Shown: positions 42,806-54,500, numbered from the stretch's first letter. The stretch is 64,000 bases of DNA from an uncultured Spirochaetaceae bacterium (GCA_964589355.1 CAZPTG010000001.1:31-64030); one strand, 5' to 3'. The notes: a model not told the origin generated them from the sequence alone. Made by a program: numbers and translations.

Positions 42806-44266
42806 ATGGACGTTACTGTTTTAAATGATCTACAACTTTACAAGACTAAATTTTTCTCAGGGTTGACAGATGAAAATATGTTGTCAAATGCATTGATGAC
42901 TGAACCTCACCAAGTATCTAACGTCCTGTCTTATATATTTGGAAGGTACGAAACTAATACCATTGACTTTTTAACCAGTGGTATGGGTAAGACTATCACA
43001 ATCCAAAACAGAGAGTACGAATGGCCGGTGGCTATTGAACAAGATAGAGCTATTACTATTAAAGATGCTAAGTATCAAGGTAGTTCTATTAGTTCTTCAG
43101 ATACACCAGGTATTGATGGTACTCCTGTAAAACTCTGGTTAGCCGAGAAGTGGTTTGGACCTGGAGCTATTTTGGCTTTTGATGATAGGCAATTTAAAGC
43201 TCGTGTAATGGGCGAGCCTTACCAAGATGGTACTGACTGGGTATATACTGTACAGGTAGTAGGTCAGTCTAATGACTACATTGACCCAACGATGCTTACT
43301 GCTGGACGTAAAGTTAGTAGAGAAGGATCAGCTTATGAAGAGGGAAGTGACGAGGCTGATATCGTTAATTATCAAACTCCCTTTAAACTGCGCAATCACC
43401 TTAATACTCTTAGGCTCCGTTACGATATTACCGGAAGTGCCTATAGTTCTGTTATGGTAATTGCAATGAAAGATCCACAGTCTAATAAGACTTCTTATCT
43501 GTGGTCAGATTATCAGGAGTGGGTAGCTCTTCGTCAGTGGTATGAAACTATTGACCGTTGGATGGTCTATTCTGAATCTAATCAAGATAAAAATGGTACT
43601 ACTTCGTTGAAAGGTACCAGTGGTCGTCCTGTATTTACAGGCGCAGGGCTATTGCAACAAATTTCTCCCGCAAATAGAAGGTATTATACTACACTTACAG
43701 CAGATTTACTAGAAGATTTCTTGTTTGATCTGTCGTATAATATACTAGGTACAAACGAGCGTAGGTTTGTAGCCTTGACTGGTGAAATGGGTATGAAAGA
43801 GTTTGATAGGGTGCTCAAAGAGAAAGCATCTAGCTATACTCTGGTAGATACCAAATTTGTAACTGGTTCGGGTCAGAATCTTACACTTGGTGGGCAATTT
43901 ACCACTTATAAGATGCTTAATGGTATTGTGCTCACACTTAAGCATATGCCTTTATATGATAATACAACTTATAATCGTAAACTTCATCCTGTCTCAGGTA
44001 AGCCTCTTGAGTCTTATAGGATGACATTCCTCGATATTGGTTCTAGGGATGGCGAACCTAATCTCGTTAAGGTAGTAAGGAAAGATAGAGAGATGGTTAT
44101 GTGGCACGTATCTGGTGCAGTTGCACCTGGTTCTGGCCATGCCAAATCTATTAGTACTTTTAGAGCTAATGGCAAAGATGGTTATACGGTTAACTTTTTA
44201 GCAGAACAAGGTCTTATGTTGAAAGATCCTACAAGCTCTGGTGAGTTAATACTTGATGCAGAATAA
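42806..44266 (+). CDS. major capsid protein (486 aa)
   Basis: Canonical position after the scaffold-like gene. Followed by a hairpin terminator. Confidence 0.6.
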   Translation: MDVTVLNDLQLYKTKFFSGLTDENMLSNALMTEPHQVSNVLSYIFGRYETNTIDFLTSGMGKTITIQNREYEWPVAIEQDRAITIKDAKYQGSSISSSDTPGIDGTPVKLWLAEKWFGPGAILAFDDRQFKARVMGEPYQDGTDWVYTVQVVGQSNDYIDPTMLTAGRKVSREGSAYEEGSDEADIVNYQTPFKLRNHLNTLRLRYDITGSAYSSVMVIAMKDPQSNKTSYLWSDYQEWVALRQWYETIDRWMVYSESNQDKNGTTSLKGTSGRPVFTGAGLLQQISPANRRYYTTLTADLLEDFLFDLSYNILGTNERRFVALTGEMGMKEFDRVLKEKASSYTLVDTKFVTGSGQNLTLGGQFTTYKMLNGIVLTLKHMPLYDNTTYNRKLHPVSGKPLESYRMTFLDIGSRDGEPNLVKVVRKDREMVMWHVSGAVAPGSGHAKSISTFRANGKDGYTVNFLAEQGLMLKDPTSSGELILDAE

Positions 44267-44283
44267 TAAAATCTAATAGGCTT

Positions 44284-44315
44284 AGGGTAGGGTTTAGCTC
44301 TACCCTTTAAGTCTT
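44284..44315 (+). terminator. hairpin terminator after the capsid gene
   Basis: AGGGTAG-GGTTTAGCT-CTACCCT followed by TTAAGTCTTTT. Confidence 0.6.
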
Positions 44316-44338
44316 TTAATACAAAAAAATTAATACAG

Positions 44339-45091
44339 ATGGAAAGAACTATTACACTAGAACCGCTACAAGCAAAGCCTTGGGCTAATATTATAAGGTA
44401 CAAAAACTGCCATGAAGATCTTGCTCCGTACTTGAAAAGGGATGGTTCAAGATATACTGGTCTGAGTAAAGAAGCTGAAAAAAGACTAAGTAAAGAAGTA
44501 AGGAAAGACTTACATCCAGACTCTGAGTTTTGGGATACATTTTTTATAAGGGTAGGGGCTGATCCTATCATATTGAACTTAAATAGTCCTATGGATGAAC
44601 TGAAATATTTATTTCTTAAGAATCATAGGAGAGTTAAAGATGGTCTTTCTCAGAGTAAAGCTACAGCAGATTATGTACTTATAGATAGAGATGAAGAGGC
44701 TAAAAAGGAAAATACTACAGCAAGACTTAAACGTAGAGCTTTTAAAGAATTTGATAAGATGTCTTCTACTGAAATTAGGAAAGCATTAAGGCTTTACGGT
44801 ATAAAAGCTGATAGTACAAGCAGCGAACAAGCTGAAAATAAATTATTTGAATTTGTTGAAAATGATCCACAGAAGTTCTTAGATACTTGGGTCAACAACA
44901 AGAATAAAGAAACTCAATTCCTAATTGAGGAAGCTATAGCTAAGAATGTTATAAGGAAGAATAGAAATAACTACATGTATGGTACTGAAACTATAGGTAG
45001 GGATTTAGAAGATGCAATAGCTTTCTTAGACGACAAGCAAAATCAAGAAATTAAACAAATTATAGTCAACGAAATTGACAGTAAAGAATAA
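44339..45091 (+). CDS. hypothetical structural-module protein (250 aa)
   Basis: ORF on the rightward strand in the head module. Confidence 0.6.
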   Translation: MERTITLEPLQAKPWANIIRYKNCHEDLAPYLKRDGSRYTGLSKEAEKRLSKEVRKDLHPDSEFWDTFFIRVGADPIILNLNSPMDELKYLFLKNHRRVKDGLSQSKATADYVLIDRDEEAKKENTTARLKRRAFKEFDKMSSTEIRKALRLYGIKADSTSSEQAENKLFEFVENDPQKFLDTWVNNKNKETQFLIEEAIAKNVIRKNRNNYMYGTETIGRDLEDAIAFLDDKQNQEIKQIIVNEIDSKE

Positions 45092-46113
45092 TGTTAGGAA
45101 ATAGGAAATATACAGTTTTGGACTTGCACATGGGTGTCAAGTTTGAGATTGATAAAACTGATTCTTTAGATTCTGTTGGGTTTAAACCTGAGGAATATGA
45201 CTATTGGATTAACTCTGCTATAAGAGAAAAGGTAAAAAGAAAGTTTAGTGGTTCGGGTGTTAAGGGGGAAGCTTTTGAGCAGAGCCAAAAACGTATAGAT
45301 GATCTTAGATCTCTAGTAAGGGCTACCCAAATAACTGTAGAAAGAAGTTCGGATAGCTACGATAGAAACTCTGTATATAAAGCTTCTCTTCCATCTTCCT
45401 ACTGGATCGGTATTAGCGAAGAAGTAGATATAGTTTATTTAATAGATTCTCCTACAGATGTAGGTAATACTAGTTTGGTAACTGGTACTTGGTATAAAGT
45501 AGTACAAGTCAGTGGTAGTGGAGATACTGTAACACATGATGGTACCGCTTATTCTAATGGTGATTATTTTGAAGCTGCTTCTACTAGTTACAGTGAAAGT
45601 ACTGCAGCTAATACTGAAGTTTATGAGTGTGTTAGGAAGCGCCAAGGTATAACTGAAGCTACTGCTGCTACATACGCTTTTCAGGCAGAGAATCCCTATA
45701 GTGAACATAATTTCTACAGGAAGCGTGCACACCCCTTGAGATTATTTGAGGAGAGTGATGTAATGCTTACAACAGATGGCAATTATGGGGTGGCCTATTA
45801 CTATATAAAGTATTTAAAAATACCCCAGTATATTTCTATAGATACAGTTGACAGCGGCGATATTGAAGAAGGTATATACTACGATGTAAGTGTTAATGAT
45901 ATAACTTACGATGGTACTACATATAATCCTGGAGATGTATTTCTCGGCACTACTGAGACTACTTTTTCAGGCAGTGGTGAAGTAAGGAAGACAGCTGATT
46001 TAGCTGATGTAGTACTTGATGAAATAATAAAAGAAGCCGCTAATATGATGTTAGAGAATGCTCAAGACCCAAGATATCAAACTCATACTATAGAAACAAG
46101 ACAAAGTGAATAA
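45091..46113 (+). CDS. hypothetical structural-module protein (340 aa)
   Basis: ORF on the rightward strand, with a TAATG overlap with the upstream gene. Confidence 0.6.
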   Translation: MLGNRKYTVLDLHMGVKFEIDKTDSLDSVGFKPEEYDYWINSAIREKVKRKFSGSGVKGEAFEQSQKRIDDLRSLVRATQITVERSSDSYDRNSVYKASLPSSYWIGISEEVDIVYLIDSPTDVGNTSLVTGTWYKVVQVSGSGDTVTHDGTAYSNGDYFEAASTSYSESTAANTEVYECVRKRQGITEATAATYAFQAENPYSEHNFYRKRAHPLRLFEESDVMLTTDGNYGVAYYYIKYLKIPQYISIDTVDSGDIEEGIYYDVSVNDITYDGTTYNPGDVFLGTTETTFSGSGEVRKTADLADVVLDEIIKEAANMMLENAQDPRYQTHTIETRQSE

Positions 46114-46133
46114 CATTAAAATATTAATTTAAT

Positions 46134-47156
46134 ATGAAAAGAGTTAACAACGTACTAGTTGGTACGGATATTGCTCGTACAACCGATCTCGTTATAGATC
46201 CTACTGCTAGTCGGAATCTTGAGGAAGGTGAAGTATTTGTAGCTGATAAGAATAAACAGTTACTTGCTTCAGGTTCTACAATATCTGATTCAGGTGTGAT
46301 TTATATCGGTATGGGATCTAGCGAGACGTATGATTATACAGATCCTAGTGGTAGCGCAGTAACTGGCATACGTAAGATAATTTGGTCTAATCCTATTGAA
46401 GGTAAAGGCGTTAAGAATTACAAAGGATTGGATGCAGATAGTTCTGCTACAGAGAAGCAAGTAACTATAGATATTAATGATGCATCTGGTTTTACTGTTA
46501 CCGATGGTGAAGAGTATGTAATCCGTCTCGTATTTAGTAGTGTATCTGAACATCCTGGACAATTTGTACAGGACTACAGGGTAACTGCTGATGGTACTGG
46601 AACTGGGGATCTTACTGATGCATTTGTAAAAGTAATCAATAATTATAAGCCTTCGTTAGTTACTGCTAGTAATAGTGGTGATGATCTGGTTATTGTAGCT
46701 AAAGATGTATCTGCTGACGGTGCTGATGCTATTGATGAGTATAGGCAGGTGCAGTTCTATGCATTCCTTAGTTCAGATAATTTTGACGATGTAGAGGTTA
46801 CTGTTAATAGCAATCCACATCCAGGAGTAGGTAATCCTAAATTAGTACGAGATAAAGAGAAATACGCTCAAGGTTATGAAGGTATTACTAACCAGTGGAA
46901 ATTCCCTGTTAATAAACCTGATTTGAATGTAAATATGGATAAGTGGTATGACGCTATTGTAATTGAACATGATAATTCTTATGTTTCTACTGCAATGGAC
47001 TTTAAAGAAGAAATGTCACTTACTACTGAGATTTACATTCCTGACGGTGCAGGACAAACTGATACAGCTCCTTCATCTGGGCATGATGCAGTGTTGAATG
47101 TGTTGAATCCTTGGATGGCATCGCTACCTAGGGCTTTTGATAACGTTAGTGTTTAA
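46134..47156 (+). CDS. hypothetical structural protein (340 aa)
   Basis: ORF on the rightward strand. Its composition is typical of virion proteins (G/S/T/D/V-rich). Confidence 0.6.
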   Translation: MKRVNNVLVGTDIARTTDLVIDPTASRNLEEGEVFVADKNKQLLASGSTISDSGVIYIGMGSSETYDYTDPSGSAVTGIRKIIWSNPIEGKGVKNYKGLDADSSATEKQVTIDINDASGFTVTDGEEYVIRLVFSSVSEHPGQFVQDYRVTADGTGTGDLTDAFVKVINNYKPSLVTASNSGDDLVIVAKDVSADGADAIDEYRQVQFYAFLSSDNFDDVEVTVNSNPHPGVGNPKLVRDKEKYAQGYEGITNQWKFPVNKPDLNVNMDKWYDAIVIEHDNSYVSTAMDFKEEMSLTTEIYIPDGAGQTDTAPSSGHDAVLNVLNPWMASLPRAFDNVSV

Positions 47157-47177
47157 TAATAAAAAGAGATAATAATT

Positions 47178-47606
47178 ATGGCTAATCCATTTAATATAAG
47201 ACGAGTAGCCTTTGGAAATTGGGTTTTTCCAGATAATACTAGTGATAATACTGCTTCTACACTTAGTGCAAGTGCAGGTGTAAGTATTCCAAAGGGAGCT
47301 ATTGTATCTGGTATAAGACTCTATCCAGCAGGCGCATTGACTAACATGTCTAATATGAAGAACGGTACTGTCAATGCTAAAGTTGGGGGGCAAGCTTTAG
47401 GCACTAGTAACGTTATAATGTCTAACGTCGTAGCAGAGACAGCCGTAGGCCAAATAGGTCTGGCTGATACAGACGGCGTATTTGTTGTTTCAGGCGGTGA
47501 TCTAGAGATTCATATTGCTTCCAGCGATAGTGCTAGAACAGGCATAGAGGCAGATTCTGATGTATATGTAGATTATATCTACTGTGCTGAAAGAGATACT
47601 GCGTAA
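47178..47606 (+). CDS. hypothetical structural protein (142 aa)
   Basis: ORF on the rightward strand, followed by a terminator. Confidence 0.6.
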   Translation: MANPFNIRRVAFGNWVFPDNTSDNTASTLSASAGVSIPKGAIVSGIRLYPAGALTNMSNMKNGTVNAKVGGQALGTSNVIMSNVVAETAVGQIGLADTDGVFVVSGGDLEIHIASSDSARTGIEADSDVYVDYIYCAERDTA

Positions 47607-47628
47607 TAGTTTTTTAAAATTTTAGGGT

Positions 47629-47660
47629 GGGGTACTGTAAAAGGTGCCCCTACTCTTTAT
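47629..47660 (+). terminator. hairpin terminator preceding the GT/EndoVII/MT block
   Basis: GGGGTAC-TGTAAAAG-GTGCCCC followed by TACTCTTT. A TATAAT hexamer follows at 47658-47663. Confidence 0.6.
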
Positions 47661-47676
47661 AATCAAATATTAATGT

Positions 47677-48399
47677 ATGGAACACGAACCACGTATAGTA
47701 ATAGGCGACAGTGTAGGTAAGAATAATGAAGATTTAGATAAAGCAGTAAAGCGAGTTGAAAAGTCTAAAATGTATAAAGATAATTCAACTATTATAATCT
47801 GTCCTACTAGGGGAACTTTTCCTACTAGGGTAGTCCAATCTTGGATGAAATTAATGAAACCTACCAATCAAACAGTAGCTGGTCCTATTTTTGCAGAGTC
47901 TATGAGAGTGGATGAAGCTTATGAAACTTTAATAGGCTATATATTAGATAATGAGTATCTAAGTAAGTTTAAGTATGTTTTAACTATAGAAGAGGATAAT
48001 TTACCACCTTCTGATGGTTTAATTAAGTTATATGAATCTATGGATGATTATGATGTTGTCAGTGGTTTGTACTGGGCTAAAGGTGACAAGGGATTTCCTA
48101 TGATCTTTGGGGATACTAAAAACCCAAAAGACTTTAAGCCTGCTAAACCAGAGCCAGGAACAGTACAGCAAGTTAACGGTCTTGGTATGGGATTCAACTT
48201 ATTTAAACTAGATATGTTCAGACATATACCTAAACCTTGGTTTAAAACTTTGCAGGGTAAAGATGAAGAAGGTAGAGATATATCTAATACACAAGATCTC
48301 TACTTTTATAAGAAGGCTGCAAAAGAAGGGTATAAGTTTGCCTGTGACACTTCTATATTAGTAGGTCATTATGATCAAAGGAACGATGAGGTTTACTAG
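47677..48399 (+). CDS. glycosyltransferase family 2-like protein (240 aa)
   Basis: The N-terminal STIIICPTRG strand and TIEEDNLPP (DxD-like) fit a GT-A fold by eye. Confidence 0.45.
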   Translation: MEHEPRIVIGDSVGKNNEDLDKAVKRVEKSKMYKDNSTIIICPTRGTFPTRVVQSWMKLMKPTNQTVAGPIFAESMRVDEAYETLIGYILDNEYLSKFKYVLTIEEDNLPPSDGLIKLYESMDDYDVVSGLYWAKGDKGFPMIFGDTKNPKDFKPAKPEPGTVQQVNGLGMGFNLFKLDMFRHIPKPWFKTLQGKDEEGRDISNTQDLYFYKKAAKEGYKFACDTSILVGHYDQRNDEVY

Positions 48400-48868
48400 A
48401 GTGGAAAAAAGGGATGAAAATGGCTTAACAAAATATGATAGATATAGACTTAAAGATGTGGAGGCTTATAGAAAAAGAAAAAGAGAATGGGCTAAAACTG
48501 AAAGTCAAAGAAAGAAGCGTAGAGAATATATGAGGGAATGGGTTAAAAATAATCCTGAAAAAGTTAAGGCAAATGCTAAGAAGTCTTATGAGAATAAAAA
48601 AGATAGCAAAGAATATAAAGAAAAACAGAGAACTTATGCATTAAAAGTAAATTATGGGTTGTCTATAGATGCTTTTGAGGAAATGAAAAATGTTCAAAAT
48701 AATAAATGTTTAATTTGTAATAAAGATTTTAACGAATTGAAAAAACAACCACATGTAGATCATGACCATAACACAGGAGAAGTGCGAGGACTTTTATGTG
48801 GGTCTTGCAATACTAAATTGGGTTGGTATGAAGCATTTATAGAAAGTATAACTGAGTATTTACAATAA
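48371..48868 (+). CDS. endonuclease VII family (T4 gp49-like / HNH-like) nuclease
   Basis: HVDHDHNTGEVRGLLCGSCNTKLG is the endonuclease VII signature. The N-terminal half is basic. The start may be at 48386. Confidence 0.8.
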   Translation: MIKGTMRFTRVEKRDENGLTKYDRYRLKDVEAYRKRKREWAKTESQRKKRREYMREWVKNNPEKVKANAKKSYENKKDSKEYKEKQRTYALKVNYGLSIDAFEEMKNVQNNKCLICNKDFNELKKQPHVDHDHNTGEVRGLLCGSCNTKLGWYEAFIESITEYLQ

Positions 48869-48890
48869 GAGTATATTAAAAAATTATAGG

Positions 48891-49526
48891 ATGGAGAAAT
48901 TAATAAACGAACCAAAATTAGATCTTGCGTGTGGTAATAATAAAAAGGAAGGGTTTGTAGGTATAGATATAAGTAATACAGATTCTGCTGATTATGTAGT
49001 AAATTTGCAAAAGTTTCCTTGGCCGATAGAATCGGATAGTGCTGAAGAGATATATTGTGGACACTACATAGAACATATACCGCATACTAATGTAGCAACA
49101 GATTTGCAAAAGATAGTTAATGAGTCTAATAGTTTTGAAGAATTTAAGGAGAAGGTAAATAAGGAAGAGTTTTTGTATCCAATGGATGGTCTTATAAAAT
49201 TTTTCAATGAAGTATATAGGATATTAAAACCGGATGGAAAAATTAAGATAGTTTCTCCATATTATTCTTCTATAAGAGCATACGGTGATCCAACTCATAC
49301 TAGGAGTATATGTGATTGGACATTTTTATATGTAGATAAAGAGTGGAGGGAGAATAATAATTTAGAGCACATGGGTTTTGAATGTGACTTTGATGCGAAA
49401 ATTTCTTATCTTATCTCAAATGAACTAACTTTAAAATCTGAAGAGGTTAGACAACAAGCATTTAAACACGATATAAACTCTATAGAAGATATTATTATGG
49501 ATTTAACTAAGAAACCTAAAAAATAA
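48891..49526 (+). CDS. class I SAM-dependent methyltransferase (211 aa)
   Basis: Motif I-like LDLACGNNKKEGFVGIDI and the post-motif ILKPDGKIKIVSP. Confidence 0.65.
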   Translation: MEKLINEPKLDLACGNNKKEGFVGIDISNTDSADYVVNLQKFPWPIESDSAEEIYCGHYIEHIPHTNVATDLQKIVNESNSFEEFKEKVNKEEFLYPMDGLIKFFNEVYRILKPDGKIKIVSPYYSSIRAYGDPTHTRSICDWTFLYVDKEWRENNNLEHMGFECDFDAKISYLISNELTLKSEEVRQQAFKHDINSIEDIIMDLTKKPKK

Positions 49527-50062
49527 TGGCGTTAAAATTAACATTTGAACAAATAGATAACGGGGAGACCTTTAGAATTACAGAAGCTTCTGATGCTGAT
49601 ACTAATTTAACTGGGGCTAGTCTGTCAGTAACTTGGGATGATACTGCTTACAGTTTGGATCTTTCAGCAGATAGTACCGACGTAGATAGCAGTGGAGATT
49701 GGAGTATAGGTGATTATATAGATGTTAAACCTAGTGATGTAGGGCAGTCTGGTGATAAATTTATGGACGGTGTATACAAAGTAGAATACAATGCGACTAA
49801 TGAAGATAAAGTAACATATAATACACTGTTAGACTATAATGTGAGGTTGTGTACTTATAATATACTGAGGTTAGTACCTGATGTTCATAACTGTAATGTA
49901 TGCAGTAATAGCTACGTACAACGTGCTATATTTATGTTCACTTACCTTAAGTCTATGGAGTATTCAGCAGCTGCAGGACAAATAACTGAAATCAAACGCA
50001 TATTACTGTCATTACAGAATTTATGCAAAAATCCTTATATAAATGAGTGTTATAGTAGTTAG
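49526..50062 (+). CDS. hypothetical protein (178 aa)
   Basis: ORF on the rightward strand, start-coupled to the methyltransferase stop. Confidence 0.55.
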   Translation: MALKLTFEQIDNGETFRITEASDADTNLTGASLSVTWDDTAYSLDLSADSTDVDSSGDWSIGDYIDVKPSDVGQSGDKFMDGVYKVEYNATNEDKVTYNTLLDYNVRLCTYNILRLVPDVHNCNVCSNSYVQRAIFMFTYLKSMEYSAAAGQITEIKRILLSLQNLCKNPYINECYSS

Positions 50063-51560
50063 TACTACAGAGCCTAATTATAATTATGGCGTTCCTACGA
50101 GTAACATAGATATAGATGATATAAATCAAGCTGTACAGTATGAATCTAATTATGTCTCCTCTTATGAGTGGGACATTGTTTATTATTCCCCTACTGGTAC
50201 TACTTCTGGTCCCATAGGTCCTGAAGGACCACAAGGGCCTGAAGGTGACAGGGGTGACAAAGGCGACACTGGTCTTAAAGGCGACACAGGAGCTCAGGGT
50301 GTAAGTATAACAGATGTTAGCAAGACATCTGGCGATGGTAGTGCAGGTACTACTGATACATATACTATTACTTATTCTGATAGTTCTACAGATACCTTTC
50401 CTGTATACAATGGTGCTGATGGTACTGACGGTACTGATGGTGCTACTATAACCACAGGTTCTGGGGCTCCTACAGGGGGTAATGATGGGGATCTATATAT
50501 AGATACTGATACATACGATTTATATAAAAAATCTTCCGGGTCTTGGTCCACTATAGGTAATATCAAAGGAGCTACAGGTGATACTGGAGATACAGGGCCT
50601 CAAGGTATATCACTTAATTGGCTTGCAGATGCATCTAGTCATCCTTTAAGTCCTTCAGAGAATGATGCTTATTACAACACTACAGATAATAAATCATATG
50701 TATATGATGGGGCTGCTTGGCAGACTGTAGTTGAAGATGGAGCTGCAGGAGCTGATGGTAGTGATGGCATAGACGGGGATCAATGGACTTATGGGTCTGG
50801 GGCTCCTACAAATACTACTAGCCAAACATATGATACTTACTATATAAATACTGATGATAATAGTGTACATTATAAGGCTTCTGGTACTACTACTTGGTCT
50901 CAAATAAGTACACTAACCGGGGCATTATATACTACAACAAGTACAGATACTATAGATCTATCAGCTAAATCAGTTGGTAGTACGTTTACTATGAACATTG
51001 CTGATAGTGGTATGAGTTATACAGTAGGTCAGGTACTAACAGTAGCCAATTCTAATACAGCTAAATTTTATGCTGAAGTAGCAAGTTATGCTGGTAATAC
51101 TACTATAGATCTCACTATAACCCATATAACAGGTTCTACAAGTCATTCTAGTTGGGACTTAAATCTATCAGGTGTACCATATACACAAGATGAGACAGCT
51201 GCTGGTCAAGTATTTGAAATAGAATTAGATGCAGCTACTACTGTCTCTGGTAGGCTTTCTTTAACTCCAGTTAAACCAGATGGTTGGACTTTAACTGATG
51301 GTTCTAGCGGGGGAGTAACACAAAATGATCCAGATGATTTAATTATAAACCATAATGTTACTGACTCTAATGGGAATTATAGGCCTGTATTCGATGCTAG
51401 GATTATGTATAAAGCTGGTAGTAGTCCTGATACATATGTAAGTTTTGTTGGTGACGCAGCATATACTAAACTAGCTAATGACACTACCAATGGTAAAGTA
51501 GAATTAGCATCATTAACTACAGAAAATTACTTAATAAAGATACATTTAACATTCGCTTAA
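50043..51560 (+). CDS. collagen-like repeat tail fibre protein (505 aa)
   Basis: Has G-X-Y runs GPIGPEGPQGPEGDRGDKGDTGLKGDTGAQG and GATGDTGDTGPQG. Confidence 0.8.
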   Translation: MSVIVVSTTEPNYNYGVPTSNIDIDDINQAVQYESNYVSSYEWDIVYYSPTGTTSGPIGPEGPQGPEGDRGDKGDTGLKGDTGAQGVSITDVSKTSGDGSAGTTDTYTITYSDSSTDTFPVYNGADGTDGTDGATITTGSGAPTGGNDGDLYIDTDTYDLYKKSSGSWSTIGNIKGATGDTGDTGPQGISLNWLADASSHPLSPSENDAYYNTTDNKSYVYDGAAWQTVVEDGAAGADGSDGIDGDQWTYGSGAPTNTTSQTYDTYYINTDDNSVHYKASGTTTWSQISTLTGALYTTTSTDTIDLSAKSVGSTFTMNIADSGMSYTVGQVLTVANSNTAKFYAEVASYAGNTTIDLTITHITGSTSHSSWDLNLSGVPYTQDETAAGQVFEIELDAATTVSGRLSLTPVKPDGWTLTDGSSGGVTQNDPDDLIINHNVTDSNGNYRPVFDARIMYKAGSSPDTYVSFVGDAAYTKLANDTTNGKVELASLTTENYLIKIHLTFA

Positions 51561-51561
51561 T

Positions 51562-54500
51562 ATGTCATACGTACCTAACGTAAGTTGGGAAACTAGGGTA
51601 GGACAAGTTAATTTATCATCCACAGGTGATCACTACTACGAGTGTAATCTCCCAGTAAAAAACCTAAATGACAAGGGTGCAGGCACGCTTAATACGGACT
51701 TGTACTTGATTGATTATTTAGGTTATTTTTATGAAATTGTTACAATCATTGATTCAGCTACTAATAGGGTAGAGGTGTACGACATTAATGAAGGGCAACA
51801 ATATCCTCAGGCTTCATTCAAGGCGCCATATCAAGATATGATAGGCTTTGTATGCCAACTTACTGGAGCTGGTATAGGTCTCTCTGTATTTCAACTTCGT
51901 AGGTTACATGGATCAGCTAGGGATGCTATTAATTATCAGGATAATCTGATTATATGGCAACGTATAAATTGGTTAGATAATATTAGCATGGCAGGCAGGC
52001 TATGGGGTGGTGAAATCACTAATAATGGTGATGGAACAGTTACTGTAGCAGAAGGCGGTGGTGTTGTAAAAAATGATGATACTGCCTTAGAATCTGTACC
52101 TACATCTTTGAATGAAGGACAAGGTAGTAAGCTTAGTCATGTTACATGGTCATCGACAACACTAACGCCTACTGATAATGCGTATAATTATATTTTTTAC
52201 GATGGTAGTGCAGGTATAATAACTCACACTACTTCTTTTTATTCAATATCTTTCACTCGTGATTTTACAGTCGGTAGGGTATATAAATATGGTGGTGAGG
52301 TTGCAATACGTCTTTGTGGTACAAACAACTGGAATTTTAACAGGCGTGTTCAACTTTTTGGGGAAGAGCGATTTCCTGTGGAGCGTGCTACAGGGTTAAT
52401 GATAGGCAATCCTTCTGGGCTTTATATATCAACGACAGAGGGTGTGTTATGGGCTGAACTTGTTAATCGTTTCAGTGTAGATTCTTTTGATAGTTCTGGT
52501 ACAGATACTTTTAATTATTGGTATAGGGATGGTGCTGGTGGTCATACAAGAGTGTTAAGTAACTCAGAAATTGATAATACAAATTATGATGATGGGTCAG
52601 GTACTTTAGCTGCATTAACTACAAATAGGTATGGGGTGCATTGGGTTTATGCAGTACATGATTCCTCTATACACACTGTGTATGGTAGGGGTAATTATCA
52701 ACTGAAAGATGCTCAAACCGCAACACCTCCACCTGATATTCCAGGACTTCTTTCTGCTTATAGTACTTTGATAGGGAAAATTATAGTACAGAAAAGCTCT
52801 ACTACATTATATAGTGTAGAAAGTCCCTTTGTAGATAGATTTACTTCATCAGGTGTCACTGATCACGGTAATTTAGCAGGATTAGGGGATGATGATCATT
52901 CTCAGTATCTTCTTTTAGCTGGTAGATCTGGACAATATATAGATGATAGTATTACTATTTCTGGGGATTTGACAGTTAATGGTACTGAATTTATTACCAA
53001 TACGGAGACTGTAGAGATAGAAGATAATCTGGCAATTATTAATTCAGGTGAAACAGGTTCAGGTATTACAGCGGGTTTTGCAGGCTGGGAGGCTGACAGG
53101 GGAACATTGACGAACTATCGCTGGGGTTTTGATGAAACTACCGATCTTTGGAGATTAGGTGAAGTTGGCAGTTTACAAGCTGTAGCTACAAGACCAGACA
53201 GTCCTTCTGATAACTATATAGGTATATGGGACACAACTAACAGTTGGATTGATTTTGTCAATACACTTCCTTATCATTCAACTCTATTAAGTAATTATGA
53301 TACAGGGGATTTGTCAGAAGGGACTAATCTTTATTATACAAACGAAAGGGTGGATGACAGGGTAAACAACTTATTAGCCTCATCTGATGCAATTACTCTT
53401 TCTTATGATGACATAGGCAACACCTTAACAATTGGGGAGAGCCATTCTGCTTTAACGAATAATCCACACTCAGTTACAGCAACCCAGGTAAGTGCCTTGG
53501 TTAGTATTGATGGGGTTTCAAATGCTGGTGGAAATGTAGATTTAGTTAATGGTGGAAATGTTACTATAACTCCTGATAATACCAACAACAAAATAACATT
53601 GTCTGTTCCAAACGATTTGACTGTTATTTCAAATTATAAAGAAACTGTACAGGATTATGCCTGGGATGTGCTAACTGGTACACAAACCTTAATTACTGTT
53701 ACCTATGATGATACAAACAATGAGGTGGATTTTGAGGTTGAACCTAATCTTTCAAACTATACAAATGATGTAGGCTGGACAACCTATGATTCATCAGATT
53801 TTGATACAGATTTTTCTGGTAAAACAACTGACGATTTAAGCGAGGGAGCTAGTAATCAGTACTTCACTGGCGAAAGAGCCCAAGATGCAGTAGGAACTAT
53901 ATTAACTGACACTACTTCAATTGATCTTACATATGATGATGCTGGTAATAGTATAACAGCAAGCGTATTAGAAGCTGGTGTGGACCATAACTCTCTTAGC
54001 AATTATGTTTCAAATGAACATATAGATCATACAAGCGTAACCCTAACAGCAGGCACAGGATTAACTGGGGGAGGCGATATATCTGCCAACAGGACATTCG
54101 ATGTAGATGTGGGTATAGCCGATAATAAGATAGTTCAAATAGATGACGCGGATGCAGCAGATAACGACTATGCTAAGTTTACTGCAAATGGGTTGGAAGG
54201 CAGGAGCTATTCAGAAGTATTATCAGATTTGAGCTTGAGCAGTAACCTTCAAAATCTTACGGATGCAGAGGTTACTCAGTTAGAGAATATTAATACAGAG
54301 ACTATTTCAAATACACAATGGGGCTATCTGGGAGCTATGTCAGGCCAGCCTTTGGAATCTGTTCCTACCCTGCAAAATGTGACTGATCAGGGGAATAGTA
54401 CGGATAAATACATTAGAACTACAGGGACAGATGAATATACAGAATTAAGATCGGCTGGTATTTACATCAACAGGGGTTCAGGATACCTTGCCCCACTTTC

